Shown piece by piece: positions 7,743-11,282 of a DNA stretch of 11,282 nucleotides (its first letter is position 1; each line of letters starts with the position of its first letter). The position numbers and the translations under genes were made by a program. Source of the stretch: Bdellovibrionota bacterium FG-1 (GTDB lineage Bacteria; Bdellovibrionota; UBA1018); the NCBI GenBank assembly GCA_051382295.1, contig JBBCAW010000158.1, forward strand, positions 1 through 11,282, given 5' to 3'. Under the pieces are notes generated by a model that did no database searches, was not told where the DNA came from, and worked only from the letters and a program-made list of their open reading frames with translations.

Positions 7743-7771
7743 TTCCGAAATACCTTAAATCCTCCTAAGCT
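7743..7771 (+). promoter_or_regulatory. Candidate sigma70 promoter of the amidase gene (probably leaderless transcript)
   Basis: TTCCGA (7743-7748), 17 nt spacer, TAAGCT (7766-7771). ATG at 7779, 7 nt after the -10 box. Confidence 0.4.
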
Positions 7772-7778
7772 AGAGAAG

Positions 7779-8609
7779 ATGAAAACGGCGGCTCTCGCAA
7801 CGGTATTGATTTCTCTGGTTTCGGCCCTTTCGCATGCCGCCCCCGCGAAAAAGTCGTTCTTAGTGGTCTTAGACCCCGGCCACGGAGGATCTGACTTTGG
7901 CGCCATTCACAAAGAGTGGACAAAGCGAACCGCGGAAAAAGATCTGGCTCTTCTTTTGGCCCAAGAAACCGCCCGGCAACTTCGGACGAGGGGAATCCTA
8001 GTCACACTCACCCGCACGAAAGACGAAGACATGAGTCTCACCCAAAGAACCTCGGCTGCCAACCGCGTGGGCGCTGATGTTTTTGTTTCGATACATGTGA
8101 ATGCCACGCCCCTCAAACATGAGAGTGAAGCCTCAGGAATTGAAACCTACATTCTAAACAACGCGACCGACGCCACCTCCAAGCGATTGGCGTATCTTGA
8201 AAACTCCGAAAACCCGGTGCTTGCAAAAAACCGAGGCGATGAAGCGCCCCAAGGCACCGATGTCGCCCTTATCTTAAAGGATTTGAGGCTCGATGCGAAC
8301 CTCCCGGAGAGCAAACGCCTGGCTTGCTCAATCCAGGGTCGGCTCGTGCACATCTCTTCTGCCCAAAACCCTAGTGCCAGGGATCGCGGAGTGAGACAGG
8401 CCTTGTTCTATGTCCTCCTAGGAGCGGACATGCCTAGCGTTTTGGTTGAGGCGGGCTTCATGGGTAACCCCAAAGATCGCCAAAGAATGCTCTCGCCTGC
8501 GGGACGTAAGGCGATTTCGGTGGCGATTGCCTCCGCGATTGATGAGTTTCGAACGACCCGGGGAAGCACTTTTGCCAGTGCTCTACTAAGCAGATGTAAA
8601 GTTCATTGA
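7779..8609 (+). CDS. Exported N-acetylmuramoyl-L-alanine amidase (Amidase_3, catalytic domain only)
   Basis: Signal peptide MKTAALATVLISLVSALSHA. Zn-site motifs LDPGHGG, EKDLAL, SIHVNA, LVEAGFM. Contains a RLAYLEN segment resembling the autoinhibitory helix of AmiA/B/C. Confidence 0.93.
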   Translation: MKTAALATVLISLVSALSHAAPAKKSFLVVLDPGHGGSDFGAIHKEWTKRTAEKDLALLLAQETARQLRTRGILVTLTRTKDEDMSLTQRTSAANRVGADVFVSIHVNATPLKHESEASGIETYILNNATDATSKRLAYLENSENPVLAKNRGDEAPQGTDVALILKDLRLDANLPESKRLACSIQGRLVHISSAQNPSARDRGVRQALFYVLLGADMPSVLVEAGFMGNPKDRQRMLSPAGRKAISVAIASAIDEFRTTRGSTFASALLSRCKVH

Positions 8610-8668
8610 CACATATTCCGCGAATAGCGCCGCCTTCAGTTTCGACCCATCCGGAAAAACACAATCGA

Positions 8669-8681
8669 AATCAATAAGTTA
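8669..8681 (+). promoter_or_regulatory. IHF binding site
   Basis: AATCAATAAGTTA is an exact match to WATCAANNNNTTR, about 37 bp upstream of a sigma54 motif. Confidence 0.6.
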
Positions 8682-8717
8682 AGCTAATTCAAAAACATAG
8701 GTCCTTTTTGACGCACC

Positions 8718-8733
8718 TGGCATCCCACTTGCT
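8718..8733 (+). promoter_or_regulatory. Sigma54 (RpoN) -24/-12 promoter
   Basis: TGGCAT-CCCAC-TTGCT has canonical GG-N10-GC spacing. Predicts a start site near 8744, about 20 nt before ATG 8764. Confidence 0.75.
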
Positions 8734-8763
8734 CTTACTCGTCACAGAGAGAGAGGAAAGAAT

Positions 8764-9465
8764 ATGAAACGTTTAAAGTGGAAAATGAAATGGGCCCCAA
8801 TACTGGTTATCGCCAGTCTTGCGGTCAGTACGGGTTGCGGAAAAAGCGACCCAGCCGCAAATCCCGGCACGCCGGGCGCTGTCCCTGTCGCACCGATTGG
8901 AACTCCGCTCACGCCAGTACCAACCACCTGCGTACCCATCAATGCGCAGATTCCGTTCACTGCTACAAATATCTATTTTAGCTCGGTGAATATTGTGGGA
9001 GGAGCTGTTCCAGGCGAAACCCAAGCTTATGGCCAGGTCATGATCGGTGGCTCCCCTACGGGCGGCCCTTATCAACGCACCGGTGTTGATGGAACGGTAA
9101 GTATTAACATCATGCCGAGCCAACAAGCCAATGTGCCCACACCTCCCGTTGGAATCATGCCTTATAACGGATATGGGACACAATCCAACTTGCAACCCCC
9201 CTCGCTTGCTAACGCAAACGGTTTTGTAGCAATCAGTGCTCAAACTCAAGCTGACATTATGTGGCAGTTTGGGGGTGGCGGTACGCAATACCCTAACTAC
9301 AACACGGGGTACTTGCCACAACCGACCTTGCCGGTGAATCAAGCACAGCAAGTTTGCATCAGCGGAATCGCACTCTCCCTAGGTCATTACTACAACACGA
9401 TCTACGGCGGGCATGTGTTTCTGTACCTGAACAATTCTCAGAGCGGATACAAGTTATACTTCTAG
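8764..9465 (+). CDS. Hypothetical lipoprotein
   Basis: Purine-rich RBS (GAGAGGAAAG), basic N-region, hydrophobic helix and lipobox-like STGC. Pro/Gly-rich linker, two further Cys, C-terminal YKLYF. No family recognised. Confidence 0.85.
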   Translation: MKRLKWKMKWAPILVIASLAVSTGCGKSDPAANPGTPGAVPVAPIGTPLTPVPTTCVPINAQIPFTATNIYFSSVNIVGGAVPGETQAYGQVMIGGSPTGGPYQRTGVDGTVSINIMPSQQANVPTPPVGIMPYNGYGTQSNLQPPSLANANGFVAISAQTQADIMWQFGGGGTQYPNYNTGYLPQPTLPVNQAQQVCISGIALSLGHYYNTIYGGHVFLYLNNSQSGYKLYF

Positions 9466-9492
9466 TGACTGCTCTCTCTCTGCTTAGGCAAA

Positions 9493-9530
9493 GAAAAGGG
9501 GATCCGTGCGAAAACATGGGTCCCTTTTTC
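9493..9530 (+). terminator. Intrinsic terminator after the lipoprotein gene, between convergent genes
   Basis: GAAAAGGGGATCCGTG-CGAAAA-CATGGGTCCCTTTTTC hairpin (three G-U pairs) ending in a T-run. Confidence 0.8.
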
Positions 9531-9544
9531 GTTATTTCGGCTTC

Positions 9545-10675
9545 CTACTTCTGCTCCGAAGCCGCGAGCAAAAAGCCCCCGACTCCGTAAGGCAGGTTCT
9601 TGATCAAGGGAACCAATCGATACTCCCAATCTAAGAACGGAATCGTAAACCACGAAATCCCACCCATCGAAAAACCGTCCTTCTCGGGACTCAGATAATT
9701 GGAACCCCCTCGAAACGCTTGGTCCGCCCGAGCCGAAAAAGTAGAATCAAGCAAGCCCAGTCTCGCGCCTTTTGAAAAAGCATACGCCACAATCGCAGAG
9801 CCCGAGGTCTCGGGGTAGGCGTAACCGGGGCGTGCAATCACGGTATCCCAAAGTCCACACGGCATCTGAAACGAAGCTACCGCTTGCGCAGTAGAGACAA
9901 AGAGTTCACGCAAAGGCGCGTAAAGCGCGTGCGAAGTCGGCAAGACCTCAAGGATCTCGATGAGCGAAGCGAGCACCCAGGCATTGCCCCGGAGCCAAAA
10001 GCCCGCGTGCTTTGGGAAGAGCCGATTCTTCTTAACGTTCCAGGCATGGTGAAAAAGCCCGGTTTTAGGGTCTCTCAAAACAGAAGCGAAAATCAGCGGC
10101 TGACGAGCGCCAAACTCCATCAGCCCGGCATCACCCTGCAAGACTCCCCACTGAGCCGCAAAAACGGCGTACATCATCAGCGAGTCCACCCACATCGCGT
10201 CCGGGAAAAGTTTGGAAGTAACCGATTGGTGGCCTAGGTGGTCCAATGCGCCCAATTTGTTTCGAGGGGCGGACCTGACGTACTCGGCGACAGCCGCCGC
10301 AGACGGCATTCCACTAGAAATCCCCATTTTTTCATTAAGCCAAAGCGCACTGAGCGCCGAGGCACACTCATCACTCCAATCAACAAGTGGAATCCCCTTT
10401 TTGGCCCACGCCTTCTGGTAAGTGTCGATCTCGGTAACCCAAACGTCGCGTTTAACAGCGTCTGTTTCCGCAAATCGCGAGAGGCCATGCAGGAAAATGG
10501 CCGGGCCCCAATCCCATTTCATCTTTTCAACAGGGTTCTTGGCCATGAAGTGGGTGGCGAGACCTTGCCCAAGTTCCAAAGCGCCGGGCCCATCAGCAAA
10601 AGCGGCAGTCGCGAGAGGAAAAGCAACGAGGGTGTGCGCAACGGCCGAAACAATTCCACGAAATAGCTTTTTCAT
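9545..10675 (-). CDS. Secreted glycoside hydrolase family 105/88 (unsaturated rhamnogalacturonyl/glucuronyl hydrolase, YteR-like)
   Basis: Signal peptide ending AAFA. Motifs WDWGPA, MWVDSLMM, TGLFHHAW, FWLRGNAW, GLW, ETSGSA and YGVGGFLLA. Confidence 0.9.
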   Translation of the reverse strand: MKKLFRGIVSAVAHTLVAFPLATAAFADGPGALELGQGLATHFMAKNPVEKMKWDWGPAIFLHGLSRFAETDAVKRDVWVTEIDTYQKAWAKKGIPLVDWSDECASALSALWLNEKMGISSGMPSAAAVAEYVRSAPRNKLGALDHLGHQSVTSKLFPDAMWVDSLMMYAVFAAQWGVLQGDAGLMEFGARQPLIFASVLRDPKTGLFHHAWNVKKNRLFPKHAGFWLRGNAWVLASLIEILEVLPTSHALYAPLRELFVSTAQAVASFQMPCGLWDTVIARPGYAYPETSGSAIVAYAFSKGARLGLLDSTFSARADQAFRGGSNYLSPEKDGFSMGGISWFTIPFLDWEYRLVPLIKNLPYGVGGFLLAASEQK

Positions 10676-10694
10676 CGAAAAACCCCCAGCAAGG

Positions 10695-10723
10695 AGAATC
10701 TTCGATCAGGGGTGAGTTGTCAA
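10695..10723 (-). promoter_or_regulatory. Sigma70-type promoter for the glycoside hydrolase gene
   Basis: Minus strand TTGACA, 17 nt spacer, GATTCT, then a GGGGG RBS and ATG 10675. Confidence 0.55.
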
Positions 10724-10727
10724 TTCT

Positions 10728-11114
10728 TCAGCTCTTGAGTTCAACTTTGCAGCCGCTAACAAGAGCCGGGCCTTTTCCCTTAGTTACCGAGATTTCTCGG
10801 ATGAACCCTTTGGAAAGTACGGAACACTTAAGGCCTTTCGTGGATTGCGGTACGATGGAAAACATTCCGCGATGTCCCGTCGCACTGCCGTACTCGAAGC
10901 CATAATAATAAGCGACACTACAGGTAGACTGCGTGCCCTCGTAGTTTTCGGTAAAATTAACCAACATTTCATAAGCCACCCCTTCACCACTTTGGTCAAG
11001 GTTCGCGCCGCAGAGCTGAACTTGAGCCGGGTAGAAGGGGGATGGTTCTCCGGCAAAACCGACCGCGGAAGCTACAAGAGCCAGGAAAGCACTAAGACTA
11101 AGGAAATACTTCAT
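10728..11114 (-). CDS. Small hypothetical secreted protein (128 aa, four Cys)
   Basis: ATG 11114 follows GAGGTG and begins a signal peptide MKYFLSLSAFLALVASAVGFA. The track's start at 11204 lies upstream of the predicted promoter. Confidence 0.8.
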   Translation of the reverse strand: MKYFLSLSAFLALVASAVGFAGEPSPFYPAQVQLCGANLDQSGEGVAYEMLVNFTENYEGTQSTCSVAYYYGFEYGSATGHRGMFSIVPQSTKGLKCSVLSKGFIREISVTKGKGPALVSGCKVELKS

Positions 11115-11136
11115 GGAACACCTCATATTTGGAGGG

Positions 11137-11165
11137 CTTATATCTTGCCGTGCGCTGCGCGTCAA
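11137..11165 (-). promoter_or_regulatory. Sigma70-type promoter for the small secreted protein
   Basis: Minus strand TTGACG, 17 nt spacer, TATAAG, with an upstream T-tract (UP-element-like). Confidence 0.6.
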
Positions 11166-11282
11166 GGCAAAAAAAATCCTCTGGCCCTTCACGAATTGCC
11201 TCAAAATATCTGTTACTTAGATGCGGTGCGCAGTTTTGGTTGAATTACCTGGTAGCGTCACTATCCCGCACTCTGTCAAAAT

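Noticed and set aside
6431..7906. Long alternative-frame ORFs over mutY, dusC and the amidase start (e.g. 7156..7758, 6999..7499)
   Set aside because: Shadow ORFs opposite well-supported genes, with no motifs. The same applies to those over mutS, the lipoprotein and the GH gene.
11217..11282. Possible 3' end of a minus-strand gene (ILTECGIVTLPGNSTKTAHRI*)
   Set aside because: Only 21 codons at the window edge, with no recognisable motif.
1..11282. CRISPR array, tRNA, rRNA or riboswitch
   Set aside because: No spaced direct repeats or recognisable RNA gene seen; the intergenic regions are short.

Overview
Mostly housekeeping bacterial DNA. The style of the kinase and secreted genes suggests a Bdellovibrionota/Oligoflexia-like organism (inference only). 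Left to right: the C-terminal remnant of a DUF4338 (DruA-like, IS-associated) gene abuts a 5'-truncated hybrid histidine kinase (HisKA-HATPase-REC-REC) split by one in-frame TAG. Then mutS-truC (+) converges on dusC-mutY (-), followed by an Amidase_3 gene, a sigma54-type lipoprotein gene, a secreted GH105/GH88 hydrolase and a small secreted protein. The most striking structure lies between the truC and mutY stop codons: a 563-bp unit (5078-5640) bounded by 32-bp inverted repeats (31/32 identical) and flanked by a 4-bp direct repeat (AAAC). It has no transposase and carries only an XRE-HTH gene whose last codons and stop lie inside the repeat. It could be a gene-carrying MITE-like element or an invertible cassette. 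Second, the predicted 5' leader/RBS of the lipoprotein mRNA is perfectly complementary to 11 nt just after its stop codon. All calls come from motif reading; no searches were run.
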